Source: Takakia lepidozioides (Eukaryota > Plantae > Bryophyta). From it: a stretch of DNA of 64,000 bases. Shown one piece after another: positions 13,419 to 26,096 of the stretch; positions within the stretch are counted from its first letter, which is position 1; each line of letters opens with the position of its first letter. The notes under the pieces were generated by a model. The model was not told where the DNA came from, ran no database searches, and saw only the letters and a program-made list of their open reading frames with translations. The stretch lies in NCBI GenBank assembly GCA_030704615.1, contig CM060731.1:24738001-24802000 (forward strand). The letters run 5' to 3'. The translations under genes and the position numbers were made by a program.

Positions 13419-16400
13419 TTGGGATTGACCCAGCAAATACGACTGTTCCTACAACTATGTCCACAACGTTACCCCAATGAAGGTATTCAAGTAGGATTTA
13501 TGGGCACCCTTCTATCAGGCACTGCCCTATCTTGGTTTGCACCGCTATTAGAAAAAAATTCACATTTACTATACAATTTTGAAGCATTCATGTCCGAGTT
13601 CACTGCAACGTTTGGAGAAAATGATAGGGAGAGAGTTGCAGAGACAAAGATGCGAAATCTTCGACAAGGAGCACGTCCTGCTTCCGTTTATACTGTCGAA
13701 TTTCGACAACTTGCGTGCGACCTCGACTGGAATGAGAAGAGCCTCATAAGTCAGTTTCGATGTGGGCTAAAAAATGATGTAAAAGATTTGTTGCTGACAA
13801 TGCCAAACGTGAGCACACTGAGCGAATTCATCACCCAAGTCATTGTATGCGATAATCGTTTGTTCGAAAGATGTCAAGAGAAGCGATCTGGATGGTCGAC
13901 GACACATCATGTCGCTGCTACTACGACACCAAACACAACGATCCATCAGACATCCGGTAGTGATCCTATGCAGATTGATGCTGTCCGATTCAAGCCATTG
14001 ACGCCACAAGAAAAACAAAGACGGCGCTCGAATGGATTATGCATCTATTGCGGAGAAGAAGATCACATAGCATTAAACTGCCCTAACAAGAGAAGATTCA
14101 AAGCTTGGGGCACAACTCAAGTATTCGATACGAGGAGGTCGGAAAACGAAGATATCTAGTCACAGTAGGGACCATGCGGCTGGACACCACAAATTCCTCA
14201 AAAAAAAAAGGTCTATTTCTGCCTCCGGACCCTGCACCTTGCTTCACAGTTCCGATAAGATCAGAGTACAAAATCGAGATATCTCTGTAGAAGTACTTTT
14301 GGACTCAGGGGCTTCAGCATGTTTTATTGACAAAAACTTTGCGAAGCAACACAATTTAACGCTCTTAAAGAAGAAACTATCGGCCCCCGTTGAAGTCATC
14401 GATCAACGACCGTTAGTATCAGAAAATGTTGACCATGAAACTTGACCACTTGAAGTGAAGCTTGAAGATCAAACATCACATATTGTTTTCAATAACATCC
14501 AGTTTCCAACGAATCTTGTGATCTTTGGACTTCCCTGGTTCATACTTCACAATCCTGACATCGACTGACGATCGTGAAAAATTTCTGCAAAACAAAAATG
14601 TAGAAATATCAAAGGTATTCAACCCCTGTTCCTTGGAGCTAGAGCTTTCATGAGAGCTACCAAAAAAGATGCGACATTTGCCCTTTATACGACTCCGATC
14701 AAGACCACAGAAGACAAAGGTACTTCGACATTACCCACTCAATATCAAGGATGTCTTCGAGAAGAAAAATGCAGACATATTGCCAGAACATCGACCTTAT
14801 GACTGTGCAATTGAGTTACAAGAATGAGCCCAACCACCATTCGGCCTAATCTATAACTTATCCCAAACAGAGTTGGCTGCATTACGTGAGTACATTAATG
14901 AAAATTTGTCGAAGAACTTCATCCGACATTCAAAATCATCTGCGAGGGCGCCTATCTTGTTTATCAAAAAGAAAGACGGATCATTACGCATGTGTGTGGA
15001 CTATCGCGGTCTCAACAAAGTCACAATTAAGAATCGTTATCCATTGTCGCTGATTTCTGGGCTTCTTGATCAACTGGGACGAGCGAAGATTTTCACCAAA
15101 ATTGACTTGATAGGAGCTTATAACCTTGTACGGTTAAAAGAAGGAGACGAATGGAAAACAACTTTTCGAACAAGGTATGGACATTTTGAATACAATGTTA
15201 TGCCTTTCGGTCTTACAAATGCTCTAGCAATTTTCCAACATATGATGAATGACATATTTCGAGAATTTTTAGATGACTTTGTAGTCATCTATTTGGATGA
15301 CATTTTGATATTTTCACAGAATGAAGAAGAACATGGCCGCCATGTACGCCTTGTCCTTGATTAATTAAGAGAAAAATGATTATATGCCAAGTTGGAAAAA
15401 TGTCTTTTTCCATCAATCTGAGGTCGAATATCTGGGCTACATTATTTCCGAGAAATGCGTCTTTATGGATGAGAAGAAAATACAAACCATCATCGAGTGG
15501 ATTAAATCAACTTCGGTCCGAGATGTACAATGTTTTCTAGGATTTACAAATTCCTATAGAATCTTCATCAAGGACTACTCCTAATTGCTGCACCATTGAC
15601 ACGACTCACATGAAAGGACAAATTTGTATGGGACGAGAAGGTTGACCAGACATTTGAAAGACTAAAGCAGACATTTACAACGGCCCCAATATTGTAACAT
15701 GCAGACCTATCTAAACCATGTTTTTTTAAAGCAGATGCATCGGACTTTGCACTTGGCGTTATATTCTCTCAATACGGTATGGATGGCCAACTTCACCCTG
15801 TTGGTTTTCATTCTCGCAAATTTTTCGCTGCAGAGATCAATTATGAAATCCATGACAAATAATTCTAGCGATCATCGATGTTTTTGAGGAGTGGCGTCAT
15901 CTATTGGAGGGAGCTAAACATCAGGTCATTGTCTACACCGATTACAAAAACCTCGAATATTTTATGAGTGCTTGTGTTTTGAATCGACGTCAAGCAATAT
16001 GGGGTATGTCACTAGCAATGTTTGATTTTGTTATTACCTATCGTCTTGGACATCTTCAAGGAAAACCCGATGCTCTTTCTCGACGATCGTATCTTGCGCC
16101 GAAAAAAAGGGAGACAGCTTTTGACCAACAGAAATCCATCATCTTAAAACCAACAAATCTTCAATTGAATATGTCCACCTATGACGATGCAGAGATCATA
16201 AAGGAGATTCAGGAAGCACTGAAGAGCGATCAATTTGCTACGATACTACGAAGTCAACTAAATCGATCTCGAGACAACCCACATATTACAAACGACTTCG
16301 AATTTAAAGATGGCTTACTTTATTTCAAGGGACTTTTCTATATACCTCCAGGACCTACACGACTGCAAATTCTTCAAACATGTCATGATCTTCCGGCTGC

Positions 16401-18175
16401 AGGATATTTCGGCTTCAACAAAACAATGGAATTGATATCCAGGGACTATTGGTGGCCGCATATGTGGAAACTTGTGAAAGAATTTATAAAATCTTGCAAC
16501 GCGTGTGCTAGAGCGAAGGGACCACGACATCGACTTTACGGCCTTCTTCAACCATTACCCATTCCCAATGGTCCATGGTCATCCGTGTCTATGGACTTTA
16601 TTACGGACCTTCCAATTTCCAAAACCACCGATTCAATCCTTGTTATTGTAGATTTACAATGATGACACATTTCATTCTATGTAATAAGACGGTTACCGGC
16701 GAGGAAACTGCAAGACTCTTCCTCAATAATATCTACCGTATTCATGGACTCCCGAAGGACATCGTATCTGATCGAGGACCAAAGTTCATATCAAATTTCT
16801 GGACGGAATTATTTCACATATTGGATATTAATATCAATCTCTCTACAGCTAATTATCCACAGACTGATGGTCAAATCGAACACGTAAACCAGATTTTGGA
16901 TAATTATCACCAAGATAATTGGACGGACCTTCTGTTATTGGTTGAGTTTGCCTACTACAACACTATACATTCTTCGACCAAACAAACTCTATTTTTCTCC
17001 AATTATGGTCATCATCCTTGAGCAAGCCCTTTCCACATGAAGACTGTTGGAAGCCTTGCTGCAGAAAACCTTGCTACTCATCTTGCTATGATTCACAAGG
17101 AACTCAAAAACAATACAAGGAGTATGCAGATCAACATCGCCAACTCCAACCCCAGTTCAAGGTCGGAGATCGTGTGTGGCTTCTTTGACGAGACATACAA
17201 ACCTCGCGACCATCAAGGAAGTTGGATTATTAACGCCTGGGACCATTCAAAATTATTCGACAAATAAATCTGGTCAGTTTTCAGCTTGAACTCTCACGAA
17301 GTGTGCGCATCCATCCAGTCGTTCATGTTTCATTATTGGAGTTGTATCATCCATCGAATATTCCAGGAGAGAGTCTCCATACCACCTCCCCCAATCGAAG
17401 TCAATCAGAAAATCGAGTATGAAGTCGACGAAGTCCTAGACTCTCGCATCAAGTATAAATGTCTTGAGTATTTCGTACATTGAAAAGGCTACGACATCAA
17501 CAAATGAACGTGAGAACCTTCATTCAACCTTGCCAATGCATCTGACAAAGTCCAAGAGTTTCATCAACGATATCCAGCTAAGCCCCGAGCTACACGTCAA
17601 TAAGACGTCACAACGATGATGTCAGCCAAGTTAGCTTCAAGGTGAAGACTCCACATTCAGTATATCTGATACATACTAAGGCAAGAGGTTCTCCAACTCT
17701 AAGCAAGTCCAAGATTTTACCGCTCCTCGACGAATTCGGCGCTAGAAGAGGGGGTGATGTCACGGACATAGCCCAGAGAAACTTATTAGGAGTAAATACC
17801 AGAAGTTACCAAGTTATCATGTTACCGAAAGTTATCATGATCTACCATGATTTATCATAAGTTACCATTAGTTACTAAGTTACTGGGAGTTTACCAAATT
17901 ATCGAGAGTAACTTGGGAAACTGCTCAGGAAGTTTCATTTGGAAGAAACTTCTCCATCAAGAAACCTCCTTTGAGGAAGCTTCTTAGGGAACTTCCTAGT
18001 AGCCAGTATATATAAGAGGCGAGACTGGACAGTCTTCAGTCTCGCCAACACAAGTTCAAGCTACTCTTGTTTCCAGTCCCAGTACTCCAGTCCAGCTTCT
18101 AGTACTCTAATCCAGTTTCCAGCATTCCAGTATCCAAGTCGAAGAGAACCAGATATCGGATTTCTTGGAAATAAA
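13419..18175 (+). mobile_element. Decayed Ty3/gypsy chromovirus LTR retrotransposon (Tcn1-like); 5' LTR and gag start missing
   Basis: Gag (LRQG, CIYCGEEDHIALNC zinc knuckle) 13419-14159; protease LLDSGAS ~14300; RT ([15 protein letters not shown]) 14873-15364; RNase H (ADASDFA); integrase (SMDFITDLP, SDRG, PQTDGQ); chromodomain ([11 protein letters not shown]) ~17415-17570. Many premature stops and frameshifts. Confidence 0.95.
17744..18175 (+). repeat. Polypurine tract and (probably truncated) 3' LTR of the Ty3 element
   Basis: PPT agaagagggggtga 17744-17757, then TGTCACGG at 17758; gttacc repeats; TATATAA ~18009; AATAAA 18170-18175. Confidence 0.8.
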
Positions 18176-18545
18176 CACTACAACAGAATGCGATATTTAT
18201 GACTGCATATATGACTACCCCGCAGTCATAAACGGTACATGTGACTATAATGACTGCAAGAGATTAAACTGTGTGAATAGAATTACTACATGATGGTTAG
18301 TCATGAACAGACCGTCATGTGAACCAAGTCATATCGCTCACTACCATACTGCAGTCATATATTTATCTTTTTTCTTATAACTCTGTCGCGTCACGTGACG
18401 AGGCGCAACTGCTTACAAAAAAGAAAAGAAAAATTTCTTTATATATATATAACATTATGTTAGAAGTCGTGACGCACCGCGTCGTGCCACTTGGCATAAT
18501 GAATTTTTATAATAATAAAAAAACCACATGACAACCCATCACGTG
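18176..18545 (+). mobile_element. CACTA (En/Spm) transposon terminus with subterminal repeats
   Basis: CACTACAACAGAA at 18176, resembling the CACTACAACAAAA-type TIR, followed by many direct and inverted atgact/agtcat/gtgac motifs. No partner TIR found. Confidence 0.6.
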
Positions 18546-19379
18546 CTATCCCTAGCTTGCCTACTACTGCAAAACGTGGAGCGAAATTCCTACCCCATCA
18601 TCCGTCATCCATCATTGTTCCTTTCAAACTCTATTGTTTAAAATAAACGAAGGGAAATATCCTGGAGCAACCCCTCACAACTTAGTTATAGTGAGAGGAG
18701 AAAATAACCAGTGTTGGTCTAGTATCTAGGTTTCGCCGGGTGTCAACCCGGGCATCAACCCTGGTCTCTCCTGACCTAACCTATTGTTCTCTGTTCCCGT
18801 AAACATTTGTAGTACCCTACCATAAGGTTCTCGAGTTCCCTGGCGGCCCCCAAACCCTAACAAACGGTGGTTAAGGTTCTCCTTTCCCCGCCCCCTTACC
18901 AGGGCTCGACTCGTCGCTGCAGGTTTGTTCGGGTATCACGTTAATATGCACATATAGACATTATGGATGCAGGGTTTCATGTGTTTATGAGTATTTATGA
19001 GATACTATGGATGCAATTCCCAGTGTACAATTGTAAGGGGGTTGATATCCTATGAGATGAGCAGGTTTCTTTGTGGTTTTCTTGAATATTCAAATGGCCA
19101 TTTGAATAGTTCAGATGGCCATTTCAATATTGAATTTGAATTTGAATACTAGTACCATTTTTATTTTATTATTTTTTAATACCATATCCGAGTTCATATT
19201 TCTAGGTTATATTCAGATACCATTGCTCATATCCGGATTGATTTTTTAAAAGACCACTCTATGCGTACCAGATTCATATTTGAAAAAATCAGGGGCTGCA
19301 TTATTGGAAAACCTACTTGCCTTAAAAAAATTCAGCACTGCATACCAAGACCCTTATGGTATTTCCAATTCAACTAACA

Positions 19380-19725
19380 CTGAAAATAAACTCTTTCAAA
19401 CCTCGGCAAGCACAAGGCTCAAAGGACACAGCCCAAAGGAATGGGGAGAAGATTATATATATATATGACGCCTCCCGAAGGAAGCGTAACTTATGGAGTC
19501 ACTTCACCCGGAAGGGCTACTGCCTTCTGCTAGGACCTTCATGACACACCAGACCGTGGTTTGAACCCACAACCACATCCAACGTGGTATGTGCACTTTA
19601 CCACTGGGCTACATGCTGGTTGTCGGGAGAAGATTGTATAACACCCGACAAGGTAGCAGGATTTGAACCTAGAATCATTTGGGTGGCACTCAGTGCTCTA
19701 TCCAATTGAGCTACCGACTTGTGGT
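19380..19725 (-). mobile_element. tRNA-derived SINE (family A), interrupted by a nested family-B SINE
   Basis: A box TAGCTCAATTGG and B box GGTTCAAATCC. The body on both sides of the nested insert aligns by eye to the uninterrupted copy at 54655-54815. Confidence 0.7.
19455..19624 (-). mobile_element. tRNA-derived SINE (family B) with (AT)n tail and TSD
   Basis: A box TAGCCCAGTGG, B box GGTTCAAACC, (AT)n tail. Flanking direct repeat gggagaagatt at 19444-19454 and 19625-19635. Confidence 0.75.
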
Positions 19726-22700
19726 GGCAATTAGATATTTAGTGGTTATGCGGCTAATTGATCTCGCAAGTTAAGTAGCTAAAAACATACGAAAATATCT
19801 GGATCATGGCCTACTAAATATAATGGAGTGCAAGAAACCTAAGGATAGGCAAAATGGACTAAAAATAGGATCTAATTTTCCTTGTGACGTTGTGTGGTAA
19901 ATGACTCAATGGGACTAAACTTACAAGATCACCCACCCATTCAATCTTTTGTTCTAGATTCATGCTTGTCCACTGGGAATCTTTCATATAAGATTCTGAT
20001 TATTCTACCTCAGTGCGTTGATTAGCATCTCCATTCTCCACTTCTCTTCAAAATAAATAAATAATATCCAACGTCACCTGGCTCATGTCATGCATGGACG
20101 TTCTCCATTCTTTGAAAATACAGTTCTACAGCAAGCTCCTCTTAAGCAGGCTTCCCTCACGGCAGAATCGGCGGCGTAAACTGTGTTATGCTAACTTATA
20201 CGCTACATTGCGGGTCATGCTTTCTGTACTTGGAAAAGGGTCCATCAAACTGTTCACGTTTTTGCTGTGCAAAGTAATCTGACCAATCGAGTGCACTTTT
20301 TTTAAAATTAAAATTGTCTCAATCCGCATTTGAATTGTACGGAAGGGAATATTGATCAGTTTCCATTTAACAAATTATTTAATCTCTTACTGAATCATTT
20401 GATTTGTAGTGTTTTCATTGGTCTTTACTTACTTTCTGCATCTTCAATAAAATCGAACAAAGTCCGATATACTTTTTGTCCACACTCTTGAAATAAATTC
20501 CACAATTCAATTCCCCTAGGCTCATCAAGACAAAGGATTGAAATTAGCAAACTTATATATAAGAAGTGGCAGATGAGACTCATCCCAATCAATGAATATG
20601 TAGCCCCCTACATCCATGGAAATCAATAGGGTTAGTGTCTTCCCGACAAGAGATGCATGCATCCAGTTAGTCCAAGGGCCCTTCTTCCACAGAATATGAC
20701 TCTTTGTTTATCATTGTGCTCGTTTGTCGTCATGACAACTAAGAAGCCTCCTAACATTGTTCATGTGTGCTTCACGGCACGTTTCGAATATGTAAATCGT
20801 CATCGGGAACCCCAAAAACTTTGTTTGACATTTGGGATTTCGATAATCGCCCATTGGATTCCCAATTGCCAAAGAGTTGACCAAAGTGTTGTGAATGGCG
20901 CTCATGAAATTGGGATGCAAGTTGAAACCTTCTTCATCACATGAAGATTCACCCGCAAACACAGGCCGTAAAGATGCACAATAAGCACCCGGAGAGGATG
21001 GATGCGCCTCCAGGAGCTTCCAACACAGGAAGATGAAGAATGACAACTACGGCGGCGCTGGCCGGAATGAGCACATCAGCAAGTTGTTAGGCCAAGATCA
21101 TGGAAAAAAGTGTTATGGGATTTTCTGATGAAGCTTTTGTTGGGCCTGTTACCGTATTTGCCACAAACAAGTTGGCCCTCAAAAAGGAGGGAAAACTGCG
21201 ACCAACACCAACACCAAATCCCTGCCCACATTTTCTTAATTTTTGGTTCCGAAACGGCCTACACTCAATGTTACCAATAAGCCAGAGCAATAAGAGCATG
21301 GCAACACAAAAAAAGCATAGAAACCCAAGAACTTCCCAAAAATCCAGGGCATAAATATGTGCTCCTTTAGGGGAAGAAGGAAGAGAGCTCTGGATTGGTT
21401 GTTGGAATTGCTATGGGCCACATGGCTTAGCAGTTCGTGGCCAATCCTAACTCAGATCTGCCCTTGAATTTGTGCTAAACGTGACTTTTATGCAAGCTAC
21501 GCTGTACATAAAATGTAAGGCTTGCCATCTCTGTCTTTTTCAACAACAAAAGGGAAGGTCAAATCCTGCTATCTTGTTGGACGGGTGTGGTATGTATGTC
21601 TTCTCCCCCCTGGGCCTTCCCTGGACGGTATCCCATTTGGACCCCTTCATGGCGAGGTTACTGTGAAAGAGGTTATTTTCTCCTCTCACTATTATTAAGT
21701 GGCCTGATTTGTGAGCTGTCGCAGGTGTTTCCCTTTAAAAAAAAGAAAGAATGAAGTAACAAAAAAAAAGGGAAGGTCACAAACCTAACGGTTTAGGGTC
21801 AGTGGTCGTGGTAGAATCATTGACCCTTCCATTCGTTGAGCAAGAAATGGAGTGTTTATAGGCACGGTTCCAGAGGCACCCCATGAAGTAATACTAGTCA
21901 ATTTGACTTTGACTCCCTGTGATATGACAAATGTTTAGTTTTTGTTAAGATTAGTTGGGAGCGAATGTGAACTCGTCCAATGAAATGCGTGAAGGACTTG
22001 TGTGCCAAAAGCCTGCCGCTGATGGCAGCCTGACATTCGCCTAACAAGCTACTATGAATCCTGGCCTCTTATTTGGAAGAACATGTCTAGTATAATATGC
22101 ACTCTAAGCTTTTGCACGAGCCCAACACACGCCAAGCTTCCTGAGCATCCCACAAAAGAAAATGTCCCTGTTCACAACAACCCATGTATTACACAAATGT
22201 GATACCGCGTGTGGAAATCACAACACCTCGAATGCTGTGCCTCCCATATTTCGAAATGCACTAGAATATAGTTGTGTCACAGACGGTCTCCTAAACTTTG
22301 AGGCGGTTCCTTTTTTAAGTGAAGGGAAACACTCCGGAAGGAGCAACCACTCAATCAGGGTGAGAGCCTGCAGAGAAAATAATCTCTTTCAACTTGTGGG
22401 TCAGAGATGATATTTCAGTTGTAGTTTGCAGTTTCTCTCATTTATGTTGATTGGGCAGTCTGTGGGGATGGTGTAGCAGACAAGGATCTCTCAATGCAGA
22501 CTCAGCACAAGCAGCTCTTGAATGGAAAGGTTGCATTGATCATCTTGCAGACTCACCTTGCAGACTCACCTGCCAGCAGCGCATCACTTCCTCAATAACC
22601 TACTTACCCAACCTTATTTTATTTTCAATTCATCAACCGTCCATTTCCAAACTACCCTCCCTATTCCCACATTCACAGCGGATCACCTATGATTGGCAAG

Positions 22701-25700
22701 GTGCCAGTTGGGGCTGGAAATTGGGTTGCAGCTTTTTGTGTGTAGGTGTGTGTACAAGAGCTTTCAGGTCTGGGGTCCCATTTGGCTTTTTTTGGTTATG
22801 TCACACTCCGCTACTCTGGATATTAGTTACTGATCCTTTAGAGTTTTTCAGCGAAAAAGCTAACTAGTTTAACAGAAAAGCAGCCTTAGAAGGGTGCCAG
22901 ATAGGGAAAAACCACCTACAGAGGAATCACACATAAATGTTAACACTCTATTTAATCCGTGAAAGGAAAAGTAACTACTACTCTACTACTAACTAGGAAC
23001 TAGCCTCCTATCCTCTACTACTAACTAGTAACTACTCTCTCACAGGAGTCTGAGTCCCTTTGCACAACAAAAAAAAAATCCCTTTGACAAAGACTCAGCT
23101 TATTATCACAATGGCCTTAATCTTACGACCCAACAGGTCATACGTAGGGGATCATAGAAGGAAATAAAAACGAAAATGTGATCATATTATCTGTGAGTAC
23201 CAAAGGCTTGCCAGGCTTCGTACTTTGTACATACACCTTCTTGAGCTCTGCCGTAGCAGAGGCAGCTGCAGAGCAGCTCTGTGAGCCTATGGCGGTCGTA
23301 ACATGAGCACTGCGCAGAGGAAGAGTGTGAGAAAGGGACGAAGCGTCAGGAAAACTTTATGAGGAACCTGAGTATGGCGGCCACCGGCCCAGATGGGCGG
23401 TTGCGAGTAGCAAGCCACGACTCATCAAATCACCTGATTCATAGTGAGTGTGCAAACAAAATGCATCCCTTGAATGCGTTGAGAAAATCTGTGTGGAAAA
23501 CCTGGCATAACTGTATTGGAGGCGGCCTGCTTTTGGGTTGTCAGTCGGTGGGTGGGTAGTCCAGCACAGAATGATAAGAGCTGCGCCCTTTTCCTCGCTG
23601 GAAGAGCGAGGCCCAGCTTACCTCTACTTTAGTGTTTCAACGATGAAAGACTAGGAGAACGGATCCGAGTCAGAGCATGGGCCTCGTGGCGACCAGACGC
23701 TCACCTCCTTGTCTTCACCCCCCAACCACTCACTTTCTGCCGTCTTCCAATCATTACCCTCTCCCAACACTAATCTTTCCTGCAGGCAACAAGAGATTTC
23801 ACCACCATCACTCCCATGAAATCAGTCTCTCACGTGACTGGATCACATGGCTAAACTTGGTTGTGCAGTCTTCTGTGTAGCGGCTAGCCTAACAAATCAT
23901 CAGGGAAACAGTTACATGTAACTTATATATGTACTATCAATCTTACTCTTCATTCAGTCTTCCCCACCAACACAAAAGTACTAACTTATAGAGACAGCCC
24001 TACACAATCTCACCGCCCAACGCCAATCCACCACATGCAAGCTCACCATGGTGACAAGCTTGCAGTGGCAGAGCAAGGGCAGTACACAGCACGTGCCCAA
24101 ACCAACAAAAGATACAGTCTTGCATCACATCCAACTCTGAGTCCCACTTACTGCATAATCATGCCTTTGCACTCTGACATTTCACACTGCCTTCTTCTTC
24201 TGCTAACCATGGTTACAGACTCGGCCCACAACCAATCCAGTGTTGGAACAACCAATATCTATCTCCCACTTCTGATTGAACGGAAACAGGTTACCTTGAC
24301 TTTCTTTGTTTCCGAGATCTGAACTGAGGGGAAATTCAACCCCTTTATCTAGTACACCATGAGCTCATCGTCTCGGCAAGGAACTACCGGTAGTTGGGGG
24401 CGTATACATGTATTTGTAATAGCTTAGGGCCTCAACTTGGGAATTTCTGCTGCATGCTCCCTCCACATGACTCGATGGAAGTGTACCCTTATTTGGCTCT
24501 TATGAGCTACCGACAGTCAAAAGGGACACGCGTCAGGAAGAATGTGCAATTACAATCCCAAGACCCCTGTTACAATTGGCTTAAGAGGCACAGTCTTCTA
24601 ACTGTCAGAGGCACAAGACCCCTGTTAGAGCCTCTAACTTGTCAAACTAGTGGGTACCTGGCTTTGGTGAATCCTTCCCCACAGAAATAATCCTTTCTCT
24701 TGGACAGTGGACCCCCCAACCCTAAATGGGAAGTTAGAAATATTGGGCATCCATGTTTCTCCCCATTGGCTCCGTGATTTCCAGACTTTGCGGCCACATG
24801 AATGATGGGATTCTTGTGGTTGAGTACATGATGTTTGAGTAGTGGTATGGGGGTGGGGTAAGTCGTATCCAGGTGGGGACCCCACCCGGATTGTGTCCAT
24901 GTTCCCAGTGCCATGTGCTCCTCCTCCGTCGCATTGGGCGCGTGACTACAGTTCATACAAAAGACAAAATACAAATATTTGGTAGGAAAGAAATCAGTGG
25001 TAAGTTGTATCATCATTTCCTTTCAAGCCGCCCATACCTACCAGCATGCTTGACATGACTTTAAACCACCATGATGGAGATTCATGATGGAGTTTCATTG
25101 GAAAATTGTTGGAAAATTGTCCTCTTCGAGGAAAACACTCATGCAGGCATCAATCAAAGTGCAGAAATGAGGCTCCAGCAGCACAATAAAACGTCTACAT
25201 TTGTGCTACATAAATAAACTACACTTCAGAATTGAAGATGAGAAGATCTTCCTGAAAACCTCTAAGAATCCAAGCCACATAGAGAGCAAACATGTAGACG
25301 TGTAGTAGAAGACAGGGTAGTCTGAGGAGCAATGCAAAACCCTGAAACCAATAACCAATGTACATCTTTAGCATGAATCCAACACTCAAGATAACCACTT
25401 GAGCTACAGGAGGGAACAGACATGACAAGAAACTCATCGAGAAAGAAAAATTAAGGAAGTTTTCTTTTTACATCCGGAGAGCTTGCAGAGCTTACTGCTC
25501 AGCGCAGCACCCATTGAGGGGACGATGAACATTGAACAAATGGACCCAGGATCACCATGGTTGTGAGGACAAAGCACATACACCCAACCACTGACCTGGC
25601 TGCTCAAAGAAAGTTTTAACATCCATTGAAATGAAACAATTGTGAGGCGGTTAATGTAAACCAAAGAGAGAAGGCCTTCCCCCTGTAATTACTTGTCTTT

Positions 25701-26096
25701 GGCAGGATGCATGGCTGCCCAGCTTGGACTTAAGACATTGCCTCAGAAAGCTGTCGTCTTCCCCAGAAGATCAACAACAACGGCGGGGAATTGAGCCTGG
25801 TAAAGGTAGACAAGCCTAAGGAGAATATTGACAGTGGGGACTGATAATAGCCTAGTATCCCATTATACCCTCGCAAGGCAGGTTCCAAAGAGTGGATACT
25901 CACCTTCTTATAATGATTTGGCTGAACCTTAAATGTGTATCAAAGATACTACTTGCAGAGATGCCAAAACACAGTCTAAAAACTGTCTACCAACACAAAA
26001 GAAAACAGTTTTTTGAGTCCCATTTTGTCTTTGTTGTATATTTTTGGCGCTGAGCCATACATGAGTATTATTTGGCACATACGTATATTCAGGACA

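Noticed and set aside
17758-18185. Complete 3' LTR ending TGT...ACA at 18185
   Set aside because: The ACA lies inside a CACTACAACAGAA terminus followed by subterminal repeats, and there is no 5' LTR to confirm the boundary.
19545-19725. Possible tRNA genes (A/B boxes here and at 11040-11135 and 54655-54730)
   Set aside because: No convincing cloverleaf or acceptor stem. Diverged dispersed copies with tails and a TSD indicate SINEs.
20397-20411. Partner TIR (ttgtagtg) for the CACTA end at 18176
   Set aside because: Only 8 bp match, the 3-bp flanks differ (aaa vs ttt), and there are no subterminal repeats.
20650-21420. Membrane-protein pseudogene on the minus strand
   Set aside because: The hydrophobic frame has about eight stops in ~250 codons and no recognisable family, so it is not distinguishable from chance by eye.
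22380-23080. Solo LTR or other element with tgcagactca and ctactactaactag repeats
   Set aside because: No definable termini, TSD or second copy in the window.
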